From Lama guanicoe (Eukaryota): a DNA stretch of 64,000 bases. The position numbers and the translations under genes are program-made. The notes beneath the pieces were generated by a model. It was not told the DNA's origin. It ran no database searches and was given only the letters and a program-made list of their open reading frames with translations. Below are positions 24,429-37,141 of this stretch, piece after piece. The stretch spans positions 619,844-683,843 of the forward strand of contig MU053574.1 of NCBI GenBank assembly GCA_013239625.1. Reading direction: 5' to 3'. Every line of letters starts with the position of its first letter. The first letter of the stretch is position 1.

Positions 24429-25814
24429 CTATAGTAATTTTTGCTAATCACAGTGGCATAGCAGATTATGGCTACCTAGGGTTTGGTCATTCATATTTGC
24501 ATTTCTTAATATGAATCTCTTAGAGACGTTTTCCTGGTCTATCAAATCTAACAAAATAACAGCACCTTTATGGCATCTACTATATCTAGTCCATGTTCAG
24601 ATTTTCGCAGTAGTGACAAAATGTGGTTTTTGGCTGGTTTATTTAAATTAGAGTCTGATCAGGGACCATACATTTGATTGCATGTGATTCATATTTTGTA
24701 CATCTGTTTTAATCCAGAGTAGTCTACTCTTGAACTCATGTACAGACACTTTTTTTGTCATAACTTTGGCTTGCTGTTACCAGATGGATGTGCTATAGAA
24801 TAATGAACTTCCTGGAGTTTTCTCATTGCTTTCTTGTCATGTTGTTCAGCTTGTTTCTCTGTCCTCTGTATTTTCAGTAAGCTGAAAAGTAAACCTAAAG
24901 GTTTATTAGGTAAATCGGTTCTTTATAAATAAATTCAAAATAGATTTTTAAATTCTAACAAGTCATTTTTTAAACATTTACCAAAGAATACTATATCCGG
25001 AAAAGTTTATAAGCTTGATGATTTTTCATACACCAGATGCACTTGTGTAGTCAGCACCTAGATTAAGAAACAAACATCATCAGCGCCCCAGGAACTCTCC
25101 TTTTACTTTTCCAGTCGTTATTCCTCCTCCACAAAGCTAACCACTGTCACTACAGTATTCTTTGAAGCTTGACGAGCTAAAGTTGATTCATCTGATAGGG
25201 TAAATGTGTGAGTCTATTCAGCACACTTTTGAAAGAATAGTGAAGAACCTTCCACAAGACAACAGGGATTGGAATAGTGCTGGCACAGGGAGACTAATGG
25301 AACAGTAGAGCGTCCGGAAGTAAAACAGGTATATTAGGGGAATGTGGTGGTTGTTGATGGGAGCATTTCAAGCTAGTGGAGAAAATGGGTTACTCAATAA
25401 TTGACAGTAGGACAAAATAGCCATTTGGGGGAAAAGCTGATTTTATCACTCAAGTACCAGATAAAGGCCACATGGGTCAAAATGTAGAATGCTAATGCAA
25501 TTGGACCCGTAATCATACTTCCAAGAAGATATCTTGTGGAGATAATTACGTCTAGTGTGAAAAAAATAGATGTATGTGCTAGTAAAGTCAGAGTAATTCA
25601 TAGAACACGCTGTGGTCAGCTGATCAGGCTTTCAGGTAGGTTAAGTATTGTTCTTATATATTTATAGCATTTTTATGATTCAGTGAAAACAACCACCACA
25701 AAAGAACAACTTTTCATTTACTTACAGAGCAGCTGAAGGAGCCAGATTTAGGGAATCTTGGTAAGTTGGTAAGATTCATGTTTTATGTTTATTGCCGTAT
25801 TTTTTTCTCTTTAG

Positions 25815-25924
25815 ATGAATTATGTGTTGAAGCACTTTGCCGAATGGAACAAGCTAATTGCTCCTTTCAGGTTTTTGACAAACATCCAGGGATCTATTTG
25901 TTTTTGGTCCATCCCAATGAAATG
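25815..25924 (+). CDS. SETX: SETX exon 5 (ELCVEALCRMEQ...HPNEM)
   Basis: TTTAG acceptor, ATG|GTGAGT donor, 110 nt. Confidence 0.96.
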
Positions 25925-28862
25925 GTGAGTGTTAGGCAATGGGAAGGTATATTTTATTTTTGCATATGCAGATAACTACAGTAGAGGGTTTTGGTGTGTA
26001 TTTTGTTTAAAATATTTGCCCGAATTACTGACTTGTCGTTATAAAATGACTGTAGTCGAGGAGAGGGTGCTGCGGGGTGGAAGAAGCGGAGACTTAGGAG
26101 GGTAGGGAGCCCTTGCGGAAGGGGTGCTTCTGTGTCAGGGACAGGTGCGGGGGTTACTTGAACTCCTTTCCGTGTGCTGACCTGAACTAATGAAGAGGGA
26201 CCGTTCTCTCTTGCCTTCCTTGCTTGCCTGCCCCACCCCAAGCATGTGGAAGTACCACTTAAAACACTTGATACAATTATCTTGCTAATAAAGGAGATTT
26301 TTTAAAGGCGGCAGGGTTGGGAGGGTGGCAGTGGAGACGAGGAAATTCAGTTCCTAAGTGCTAGAGAAGAAGAGGGATGTAAGAATCAGAACAGTGGGTA
26401 GAAGAGAGGCAGAGAGCAACGCCCGAGTTCTAGAGCCTGACGTTGAGCTTCATGCTGAGGTTTGAGGTTTACCACCCTTTGGCAGGGTGGCGTGTGCTGT
26501 AGGTCCTGTGCACATTGGCCTCTGGAGCTGAGTTACACCATGAAGACAATAGCTGTGAAGGGCTGCTCCGCCAATATAAGGCCAGAAGAGAGGCTTTTTT
26601 TTTTTTTAAGTGGCTAAGAGTGGTAATGGGGTTTCCAGGCAAAATGGTGGTGAATTTCAGTTTCCTCTATGCTAGACCCATAACAATGATAGTAGAAAGT
26701 TCAAAAGTTCAAATTTATAAAGGTACAACACACCCCTTAGTTTGGAACAGAAACAAAAGAGTGACAAATGGCGGCAGACCATAGGCCTGGGTGGCCGTGG
26801 GTAGCTGGGGGTTGAGTTCGTGCAGGGTGATGGGCATTATGAGTGTGCACCAGGCAAGGGTAGGACCAGAGGCAAGGCCTGTGCTTAAAATAAGGGTGAG
26901 GCTTTCCTGCCTGTGAAAGAAGATGGGCAGAGTACAGCTCTCTGGGACTGGCTTTTTCAAAGCTGCAGATGTACCAGTAGAGGAAGCTGGTCCAGCCGCG
27001 CAGCCAGGGCCTGGGCCAAGCACTTGCAGGCGCGGTGGCTGAGTCTGCGGGGCCAGGAATGGCTGTTCATTGTCTGTGCCTGTTTTATGGATGAGGAAGC
27101 TGAGTCCAGGCGTCAATGCAGTTACACGGGCTGATGGGTGGCGGCTGGGATTTGTACGTAGGCAGCCTGGCTGCAGAGTCCGTATGCTTTTTTATCTTTT
27201 TTGCTTTTGTTTTTTCTGTTCTGTGTGCTTTCTAAACAGTTTTTATTTGAAGATACTTTAAAACTTTCAGAAAATTCTCAAGAATAAAAGTAGAAAACAG
27301 CTATAGTTCCTTTACCTGTCATCCCCAATTCTTCACAGTTCCCGCCATTTGCTTTTTCATTTCAATTAACTACATAGCTTTTCTGTTTCCAAACCATTTG
27401 AGAGTAGATTGCATATATCATGGCCCTTTACCTCTCAATACTTCAGCCTAAATTTCTTAAGAAACAGTACATTCTCACAATATTATAAACTTCGGTGAAT
27501 TTAATATTGACATAGTAAGGTCTGTTTTCCAGTTGTGACCCAGGATACTGCATGGCACTTCCCCACCATGCTCCAGCATGCAGACCAGGATCAGGATTTA
27601 CGTGTAGTTACATTGGTTTAGTCTCCCTTAATCTGAAACATTTCCTCAGCCTTTCTTTGTCTTTTATGACAATTACATTTCTAAAGAATGGTCATTTCTT
27701 CCCCACCCCATTTAAAAAAAAATTGAATGTTTTTTTCCATTTTGGATTTGTCTGATGTTTGCTCGTGGTTAGCTTCAGGCTGTATGTTCCCACCTGGAGT
27801 ACCGCATACGTGATGTTATGTCCTTCTCGGTGTCACGCACAGAGGTGTGCCGTGTCATTTTGCCTCTCATGGTGATGTTAATTTTGATCACTGGTTGAGG
27901 TGCTGTCCAGTTTTTTCACTGTTTAATGTCTGTTTCTTAGATACTTTAAGATCGCATAAATACCCTGCTTCTCGCCAAAATTTTCTCCTAAATTTAACAT
28001 CACCTGATGGTTCTTCCCTGAGCCAATTTTTCTAAGATTGCAAAATAATTTTACAACCCCAGCCTCTTCTATGTTTACCACTCAGCGCTTGACATTCCTT
28101 ATACTATAATCAAGGGACATTTTCCCTTCTCCTGTTTATTATCATTCTAGATGCACTGATTGCTTTTTTCAGTAACTTTAAATTCATTACTTATGTTGCC
28201 ATAGAGCCCATTCTTCTGTCTATTAATTCTGTTTTTCAAACTTTTCTGCCCATAACCTAAGTTAGAGTTTTTCATTGAGTACACACATACATATGTGTAC
28301 GTGACATAAACATTTCACAAAACTATTCTTACTCTTACTGTGAGAGATGCACACTGATACTTTTTCTGTTTCATTTTCTTAAGTTTATTAAGGTTGTAAT
28401 TGCTAAATTTAATTTGTAGCCCACAAGAAATTTAACATCACTACTCTTCGCTCTATGGCCATTTAGAGGTGACCTTTGATTTCTTTTTAGGTTTCTCTTC
28501 ATTTTTTATTTCTTTTTTCTAACTTTCTATTATGGAAAATTACAAACATACAAAAGTATATTGGCATAATGAACCCCCATATATCCATGACTAGCCTCAT
28601 CTATTATCAGTGCATGGTCAATATTCTAGCCCCCTTCGGTTTAGTTAGCACAATTCTTAGCAGAGCATTTCATCCAAAAAATACTTCAGTATATGTCTCT
28701 TAAAAGATGAGGACTTTACAGAAAAAACCAATTACGTCAACACACTAATAAATCTTAATTTCATATTTCTAGTCAATGTATAAATGGAAATGATTATCTC
28801 ATAAATGCTTTGTTAGGGTTAGTTTGTTCAGATCAGGATCAAACAAAGTTCACATATTGCAT

Positions 28863-29078
28863 TACAGTTGACCCTTGAACAACATGGTTTTGAACTCTGA
28901 GTCCACTCCTATGCAGGTTCTTTTTAGTAGTATATAGTACTACACGACCAAGGTTGGTTTAATCCATGATGCAGAACCTCGGATATGGAGGGCCACCAGC
29001 TATATTATATATGAGTTTTCAACTATGAGGAGGGTCGATGCCCCTAACCCCTCCATGTGTGGTTCATAGGTCAACTAT
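28863..29078. mobile_element. Tigger-family MITE (MER8/Tigger-like)
   Basis: TA-flanked inverted repeats cagttgacccttgaac ... gttcataggtcaacta. Confidence 0.75.
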
Positions 29079-29100
29079 AAATAGTATTGCATGTCTTTCA

Positions 29101-29208
29101 TGTTTTTTGGGGGGAAGGTAATTAGGTTTATTTTTTAATGGAGGTACTGGGGATTGAACCCAGGACCCTGTGCATACTAAGCACACACTGTTACTAAGCT
29201 ATACCCTC
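29101..29208 (-). mobile_element. Vic-1-like SINE
   Basis: Antisense B box and tail motif. Confidence 0.85.
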
Positions 29209-29313
29209 CTTCAGTGTCTCTTAAAATCTATAGAAAACCCTGTTTTAAGTCGATTCTTGCTATATGTAGACGGTTGTTCACTGAATGAAGTAATAAATGT
29301 GTTACACTTTTAG

Positions 29314-29533
29314 GTTCGGCGTTGGGCTATCCTGACTGCAAGAAACTTGGGGAAAGTGGACAGAGATGATTATTATGACTTACAGGAGGTTTTGACTTGC
29401 CTTTTTAAAGTCATTGAGTTGGGGCTTTTAGAAAGTCCAGATATTTATACTTCTTCTGTCCTTGAGAAGGGTAAACTGATTCTTCTGCCCTCACACATGT
29501 ATGATACTACCAACTACAAAAACTATTGGTTAG
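29314..29533 (+). CDS. SETX: SETX exon 6 (VRRWAILTARNLGKVD...KNYWL)
   Basis: TTTTAG acceptor, TAG|GTGAGT donor, 220 nt. Confidence 0.96.
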
Positions 29534-30279
29534 GTGAGTATTATTTGTAGACAAATACAGTTACTACTTTCCAGTAGTTCTTACGACTATCCTGCAGAGG
29601 AAGTCGTCTCATTTGGTAATCTACAAAATTGCTCAGTGAAGGATTTCATAGTTCCGCATTCTTGTTCTGTCATTAAATTGACTAACTACATCTTGGTTTT
29701 AAATCATCTGTAATCATCTGTAAGAAGTACATTTTCAAGTACGGCAAGTAGATCTTTTATTTAAGGCAATATTAGATGTAACAAAATATTAGCATAGCAG
29801 CTCACTTTAGCAGGGTTTGATCTATTTAAAAAAATAGGTTTAGTATCTCTTTTCCCATCTGTAAAGGGTTTCTTGGCAGAAAGAGGTACTAGCTTTGGTT
29901 TTCAACAATTTCTATACTAACTAAAATAGTTCTGCCTTCCTTCATTGTTTCTAAGTCTTGTGTCATATTTGGCAGTGATAGGTATCTGAAATACGGTGAT
30001 CTTAAAATTTAAGGGATCTTAGATTTTATGAGATCAAATTGTGTGGTAGTCATCTTAGAAATTGTTTTCCAACCAGCTTCATGCCGTTTTCCATTTTAAT
30101 TCAGTCTAAAGTTCTGTTCTTGGGAGTAGTTATGTGTGAGTAGTTATGTGTGAGTTTGAAGAACTGGATACTGTCTTGTTCCATCTTACTGCCTTGTTAT
30201 TCTTTTGCCAACGAAACCAGAGAAGGCATGAGAACAGTGTTTTTTAACCAATTCAAGAAAACTCTACATAATCTTACAG

Positions 30280-30399
30280 GTATTTGCATGTTGCTGACCA
30301 TTCTCGAGGAGCAAGCCATGGATTCACTGTTGTTGGGGTCAGACAAACAAAATGATTTTATGCAGTCAATACTTCACACCATGGAAAGGCAATCAGATG
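30280..30399 (+). CDS. SETX: SETX exon 7 (GICMLLTILEEQAMD...RQSD)
   Basis: TTACAG acceptor with a weak pyrimidine tract, ATG|GTAATA donor, 120 nt. Confidence 0.95.
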
Positions 30400-30527
30400 G
30401 TAATAACCTTTATTTGCTGAATACTGTTATGATGATGCACTTTGAAAATACTAGTGTCACTGCAAGAATTTGGATGCATGATGTGAAGAAGAATGAACAT
30501 TTTATGGTTTAGGTCACAGATTCAATT

Positions 30528-32215
30528 CTTTTTTAAAATTGAAGTATAGTTAATTTACAGTGTTTCAGGTGGATAGCAAGTGATTCAGTTATATATATCT
30601 ATTTTTCAGATTCTTTTCCATTATTGGTTATTACAAGATATTGAATATAGCCCCCTGTGCTAAATAGTAGGTCCTTTTTGTTTATTTATTTTATATATAG
30701 TGGTATGTATGTGTTAATCCCAAACTTCTGATTTATCCCTTCCTCTCCACCCTCCTTCCCCTCCCTTGCTTGGCTTTCAGTCTTGGTAACTGTAAGTTTG
30801 TTTTTTTATGTCTGTGTGTCTATTTCTGGTTTGTAAGTAAGTTCATTTGTATCACTGTTTTTAGATTCCACATATAAGAAATACAGTATTTGTCTTTCTC
30901 TGTTTGACTTCACTTAGTATGATAATCTCTAGGTCCATCTATAGTGCTGCAAATGACATTTTGTCATTCTTTTTATGGCTTAGTAATATTCCGTTGTGTG
31001 TTTTTTGTGTGTGTGTCTGTTTGTGTGTGTGTATTATATACACCATATCTTCTCTATCCATTCATCTGTGGGTGGACATTTAGGTTGCTTCCATGTCTTG
31101 GCTATTGTAAATAGTGCTGCGATGAACATTGGGGTGCCTGTATCTTTTCAAGTTAGAGTTTTCTCTGTTGGATATATGCCCAGGAATGGGATTGCAAGAT
31201 CATATGGTAACTATTTTTAATTTTTTAAGGAACCTCCATAGTGTTCTCCATAGTGGCTGCACCAGTTTACATCAACAGCATAGGAAGGTCCTATTTTCTC
31301 CACATCCTCTGGCATTTATTATTTGCAGACTTTTTTAACAATGGCCATTCTGACCAGTGTGATGTAATACCTTATTGTAGTTTTGATTTGCACTTCTTTA
31401 ATAATTAGGGATGTTGAGCATCTTTTCATGTGCCTTTTGGCCATCTATGTATCTTCTTTGGAGAAATGTCTATATTTAAGTCTCCTGCTTATTTTTGATT
31501 GAGTTATTTGTTTTTTCTGATATTAAGCTGTATGAGCTGTTTGTATATTTTGGGAATTAATCCCTTGTCAGTAACATCATTTACAGTTATTTTCTCCCAG
31601 CCTGTAGGTTGTCTTCATTTTATGGTTTCCTTCACTGTGCAAATGCTTTTTTAAGTTTAAATTAGATCCCATTTGTTTGTTTTTGTTTCTGTTACTCTAG
31701 GAGACAGATCAAAAAAAATATTGCTGCAAATTATGTCAAAGAGTGTTCTGCTTATGTTTTCCTCTAGGAGTTTTATGGTATCTGGTCTTACATGTAGATC
31801 TTAATTCATTTTAACTTAATTTTTGTGTATGATTTAGAGAATGTCTTAGTTTCATTCTTTTACATGTAGCTGTCCAGTTTATCCAGCATCATTTACTGAA
31901 GAGACTGTGTTTTTTCCATTATATATTCTTGACTCCTTTGTCATAGATTATTTGACCATAAGTGTGTAGGTTTATTTCTGGGCTTTCTCTCCTGTCCCAT
32001 TGATCTGTATGTTTTTATGCCAGTACCATACTGTTTTGCTTACTGTAGCTTTGTAGTGTAGTCTGAAGTCAGGGAGCATGAGTCCCTCAGCTCCGTTCTT
32101 ATTTCTCAAAATTGTTTTGGCTGTTTGAGGTCTTTTGTATTTCCATAAAAATTAAAAAAAATTTTGTTCTAGTTCTGTGAAAAATGCCATTGGTAATTTG
32201 ATAGGGATTGCACTG
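30528..32215 (-). mobile_element. L1 3' portion (ORF2 end + 3' UTR), antisense in intron 7
   Basis: Classic antisense L1 text (ttgcttccatgtcttggctattgtaaatagtgctgc; ctgtgaaaaatgccattggtaatttgataggg). Confidence 0.9.
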
Positions 32216-32474
32216 AAGCAGATTCAGAATTTTAAATTGGAAAGGACCTTTAAAGTTTAACTCAACAGCTTACTTTTCATAAAAGACGAGACTAAAGCCC
32301 TGGGAAGTTAATTTACTTTTTCATGTTGAAATACCCATAGTTAGTAGAATCAAGGCTAGAACCTAAAGGAGGTAAATTTTTAATGACATGGTAATTAAAA
32401 TTGGAGAAAGCTTTCTCTGTCCCACTTTCTCCCTTTTGCCTGATTTTTCATTTCATTCTGATTCTCTAGGGTTC

Positions 32475-32675
32475 CACTGTGCAACAAGGTGGCTGCCAGC
32501 CAAATTTGGCTAAATTTAAGTTAATGAAATTAAAATAAAATACCTAATTTTTCAGTCCCACAAGCTATGCTTCAAGAGCTCAGGAACTGCATGTGCTCGG
32601 TGGCTACTGTATCGAACAGTGCAGACCTAGAACATTTCCATCGTCACAGAAGGCTCCCTTGGGCAGCACTGCACA
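32475..32675. mobile_element. MER3/MER33-like hAT element
   Basis: gtggctactgtatcgaacagtgcag...aacatttccatcgtcacagaagg. Confidence 0.6.
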
Positions 32676-34041
32676 GACAGTCTAGAAAATAGGGTCTAAA
32701 ATTGTCATGTTTGTTATTAGAGCCCAGTTGTGTTTTGCTAGTGGTTTTATCAGACTGATTAGGGAGAATCTGTACTAGTGTTTCTAACCTTTCCTTCTTT
32801 ATGAAAGAATGAATAAAGACCAAGCATGCCAAATTTCGTGAAGACATAATAAATTTTTTTACGCATATTCATTTCTCTTTAGGCAACTGCAGTGGGGATA
32901 TAAATTCCTTTGTGGGAGATTCTAAAAGAAATATGTAAATGTTCTTTTTTGATCTACATATATTTTCTTGCTAGATTATTTCTGATTAAGGTTATTACTG
33001 ATTTATTTACTAGCATTTATTATGGAAATTATTCGTTTCTTTCCCTGTGCTTTGCACATGTATTTCTGTCCTCTTTGTTATTTAGCTCCCCTAACCACCT
33101 TCAGAAAGTGAATTGCCTCCTTAAGGAATCTTTCATAATTGTTTTCACCTGATGACTTTTTTTTTCTATGAGAGCTTCCTAGACAGAACTGTGTCAGCTG
33201 CAGTAGAGGATAAAAAAGAATGTGAGAAGTACAACACAAATGACTTATGATTTTTTTTTAAAGTAGAGTCTAAGAGCCCTGAGGGGGAAAAAAGCAGAAT
33301 GTTCTAGGGTTATCAGTAATCGAGAGCGTTAGCTCACTTGCCTCAGAAGAGTACTGTAGAACATTAAATGGCTGGGGAATGTTGGCTGTCGGGGGAGGTA
33401 TTTGAGCTGGACTTCAGGAGGGATAGGATTTTTGATAGGTGGTGCTAATAGTGAAGGCATTCTGGTTCTTGTTTGGAAAAAGCTTGCTATCTTTTTTTTG
33501 CTGTAGATAGTGTGTCTTTATGTGAGTGTGAAAAAATCTGGAAAGAAACAATAGAGTAAGATCTTGTAAGTGCTTGACTGAGGACTTGGAATTTTCTTAG
33601 ACAACATTAAGGAGCAATTGAAGGTCTTTGAGGAGGGCAGTTTTTGCCACTGGATATTTGATAGAGAAGAGGGAAAGGACTAGAGGTAAGAGCTTGTGAG
33701 TAATGAGATTCTTGCCAGTTGGATGAAATGAAGATAACCACAAGGCCATGTTGAGATACAGCGAGTTGGAGGGTGTGTATTACTGCTTATCCAGCAGCTG
33801 AGGGATTCGGTTCTTTACATCAGCCAGGTCACACACACAACTCAGGATCACATGAAACCAGAATTTCCTGCATCGTGGTAGCTATAGATACTAAGTTTTT
33901 TTTTCTCTCTTTTTTCCTCTGCTTTTTTTCTGTTATTTTTTGGAGGATGGGAGTATAAAGTTCTAGATGAAGCAGAGTAGGAATGATTATTTCAAGTGTG
34001 GCGAACAGGATGAGAAAGTTGGCTTTATCTAGACTGTCTTG

Positions 34042-34122
34042 TGGGGTAGCATAGCTCAAGCGCTTGCTTAGCATGCATGAGGTCCTAAGTTCAATCTCTA
34101 GTTATCTCCATTATAAAAAAAA
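34042..34122 (+). mobile_element. Vic-1-like SINE, internally shortened
   Basis: tagctcaag...cttagcatgcatgaggtcctaagttcaatc + A tail. Confidence 0.8.
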
Positions 34123-34366
34123 GATTATCTCAGTTTGTTCTACACAAAAAAATTTCTTATAGAGGTGTATTGCTTTAAAAAAAAGATGGAAAAACAATTT
34201 AAAAATTTGCCAGCTTTCTGAACCTTATAGTTGACAGCTCTTAACTTTAAATTACTTGCTGCTTTGCTTTCAGTTTTGTTGCTACCCAGGTAAAGAATGT
34301 TTAATTCTCAATATATACCTTTTTCTAATTGTTTTGTGATTTGGCAATTATTCCATTGTATTTCAG

Positions 34367-34538
34367 ATGATAGTGTGGATCCTTTCTGGCCAGCTTTACA
34401 CTGTTTCATGGTGATTCTGGATCGCCTTGGATCTAAGGTCTGGGGTCAACTTATTGATCCTATTGAGGCATTTCAAACCATTATCAACAATACAAGCTAC
34501 AATAAAGAGATCCAAAATATACGGAACAGCTCTGTGAG
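34367..34538 (+). CDS. SETX: SETX exon 8 (DSVDPFWPALHCF...NSSV)
   Basis: TTTCAG acceptor, GAG|GTTGGT donor, 172 nt. Confidence 0.95.
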
Positions 34539-34665
34539 GTTGGTTCAGTTCATGTGTCAGGATTTCAGACAGTCTGGATGAGGAAATCTGTTGTAACTGA
34601 TGTAACAACAGGGTTTTTTTCTTTTTTTCCCCTTCATTTCAGTAATTTCTGTTTATTCTTTTAAG

Positions 34666-34753
34666 GGCCAAGTTAGAACCAGAGTCGTATTTTGATGATA
34701 TGGTGACTTGCAGCCAGATTGTGTACAATTATAATCCTGAAAAGACCAAAAAG
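34666..34753 (+). CDS. SETX: SETX exon 9 (AKLEPESYFDDMVTCSQIVYNYNPEKTKK)
   Basis: TTTTAAG acceptor, AAG|GTATAA donor, 88 nt, restores phase 0. Confidence 0.95.
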
Positions 34754-35221
34754 GTATAAAACATTTTGAGAATTCAGACGATGATTGTATTGCATTTGTA
34801 TTGTATGGACAGTGTTTCACATAATTAGTTCAGTTGCCGGTTTTATGATACGTAGTTATTCTGAATCAACTGTTACGTAAAATCTTTCTGATTGGACAGT
34901 GGTGTCTGGGGTAAAAATGGACTCTAATGGCATGTAGGAAGGGTGGAATGTTTATGGTATTGGGAGAGACAAGTTCCATGACTAGAAACCAAAACCAGCT
35001 AACTCCGGAAAGAAGGTCAGAGTTTATGGAGATGTTATAAATTTACCTTTTCATGAAACCTTAACCTCAAAATTGAGCTGTGTTTTCAGTTTCTAGGGGG
35101 TATGTATATGTACACCAAAACAGGAAAGTTGAGCAGCATATTGTCTCGTTTACAACTTGTGTGTTAATCCTGTCACGAGTGGTGCTTGTTTATCTGAATG
35201 TCAGTATTTCTTTCATTTTAG

Positions 35222-37110
35222 GATTCAGGATGGAGATCAGCCATTTGCACAGAGTATTGTCCTAACATGTATGAAGAAATGGAAACATTAGCCAGTGTGC
35301 TTCAGTCAGATATTGGTCAAGACATGCGTGTTCATAACAGCACATTTCTGTGGTTCATCCCTTTTGTTCAGTCCCTCATGGATCTGAAGGATTTGGGTGT
35401 GGCTTACATAGTGGAGGTTATTCATCATCTGCATTCTGAAGTCAAAGATGTCCTCAACCAACCAGATGCCATGTGTGACAAAGTCACTGAGTTTTTTCTT
35501 CTGATTTTGATATCAGTGATTGAACTTCATAGGAATAAAAAATGTTTGCATTTGCTGTGGGTTAGTTCCCAGCAGTGGGTGGAAGCCGTTGTAAAGTGTG
35601 CCAAGCTTCCCACCAGTGCGTTTGCACGGAGTTCTGAGAAGTCATCGGGAAATTGCTCCAAAGGAATGGGAATGATATCGTCTCTGTCATTGCATTCAAT
35701 GCCATCTAACTCTGTGCAGCTGGCTTGTGTGCAGCTGATTAGAAGTCTCCTTAAAGAGGGTTATCAGCTTGGGCAGCAAACTCTGTGTAAGCGATTCTGG
35801 GATAAGCTCAACTTATTCCTGCGAGGAAATTTATCTTTAGGTTGGCAGTTGACCAGTCAGGAAACCCATGAGTTACAGGCTTGTTTAAAGCAAATTATCA
35901 GAAACATAAAATTCAAACTACCTCAGAGTAGCGCTTTCATGGATCTGAGTCCTCTGTGTAAAACCCCTCTTGTATCTTGTAAAGAAGAAAGTGAACTGTT
36001 AGGGAAGAAATCTAAAAAGGACATGAACAGCCCAACATTTTCTAAACAACCAATGAAAGCTGAGACACATCAACTGCAAGCAAGTATTTTGAGCAAAGCA
36101 AATAATGAGCAAAACCACATAAAAGATCTGAAACTAGACCACCTCTCAGCTGAGCCTTGTTTAAAGCAGAGAAGTAAAAACATCACTGAAAGAGCTCAAG
36201 ACCAAATGAAAGTAAGTACAGGGAAGTGTAAGTCTGTAAAAGAGAATGCCTCATGTACACCGCAGAATTGTACTTCAAGAAATGGTCCAGAAAGGGTATT
36301 TGACAGAGGAATAATAATGTTGACTGATTCTAGCACTGATTCTCTGGAAAAGGTGTCCACATCAAATGAGGATTTCTCTTTAAAGGATGATGCTCTGGGC
36401 AAAACCTCAAAAACAAAAACTAAGACACAGAAAGATGAAATCTGTGCTAAGTTATCACATGTAATAAAAAAGCCACACCGGAAAAGTTCCGTGGTCAGCA
36501 GTGCTGTCAGTTTAGAGGAAAACCTGCCTGTATCTAGCATTGAGAGTTTCTATTCAAGGAAAGATCTAGGTCAGAAAGGAGATGGCTTCATGCATAACCT
36601 CTCTTTGGACTCTAATGGTATTCTGGACGAGAAAAATGGAGAACAAAAGTCAAACAGTTTATTGCTGAAAAAGAAACAAATAAAGAAGGAAGAGTTGGAT
36701 ACCCCTGAAAACAGCTGTCAAATACAGGAGTGTCCTGTTGGTGATAAGAATTTGTTTGCAGAAATGCCCAATACTATTGTGAAGAAAACACCTTTTAAAG
36801 ATCCTGTGACTGTACTTGAAACAAGAGGTAAGGATATTAGCAAGTGTACCGACCAGGTTTCTTCTGCTTTGAGAGAACTGCCCCCTAGCATCAGTCCTAA
36901 GTCTGACATCTTAACAGATTCTCAGATAGACAGAGACCTCCACAACTTATCTCTAATAGCTCAAGCCAGTGTTACTAAGTTCCCATCAGATTTGACCCAA
37001 ACAAGTTCATCCCAGCTACAAAGAAAAGTAAAAGATGATAAAAGATGTTTCACAGCTAACCAAAATAACGGGAAAACCTGCCGTGGGCATGTTATTATTA
37101 TCTCAGATTC

Positions 37111-37141
<31 letters not shown>

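Noticed and set aside
30125..30155. Direct repeat of AGTAGTTATGTGTG (similar short duplications near 50972-51017 and 53559-53582)
   Set aside because: Simple local slippage duplications with no array structure.
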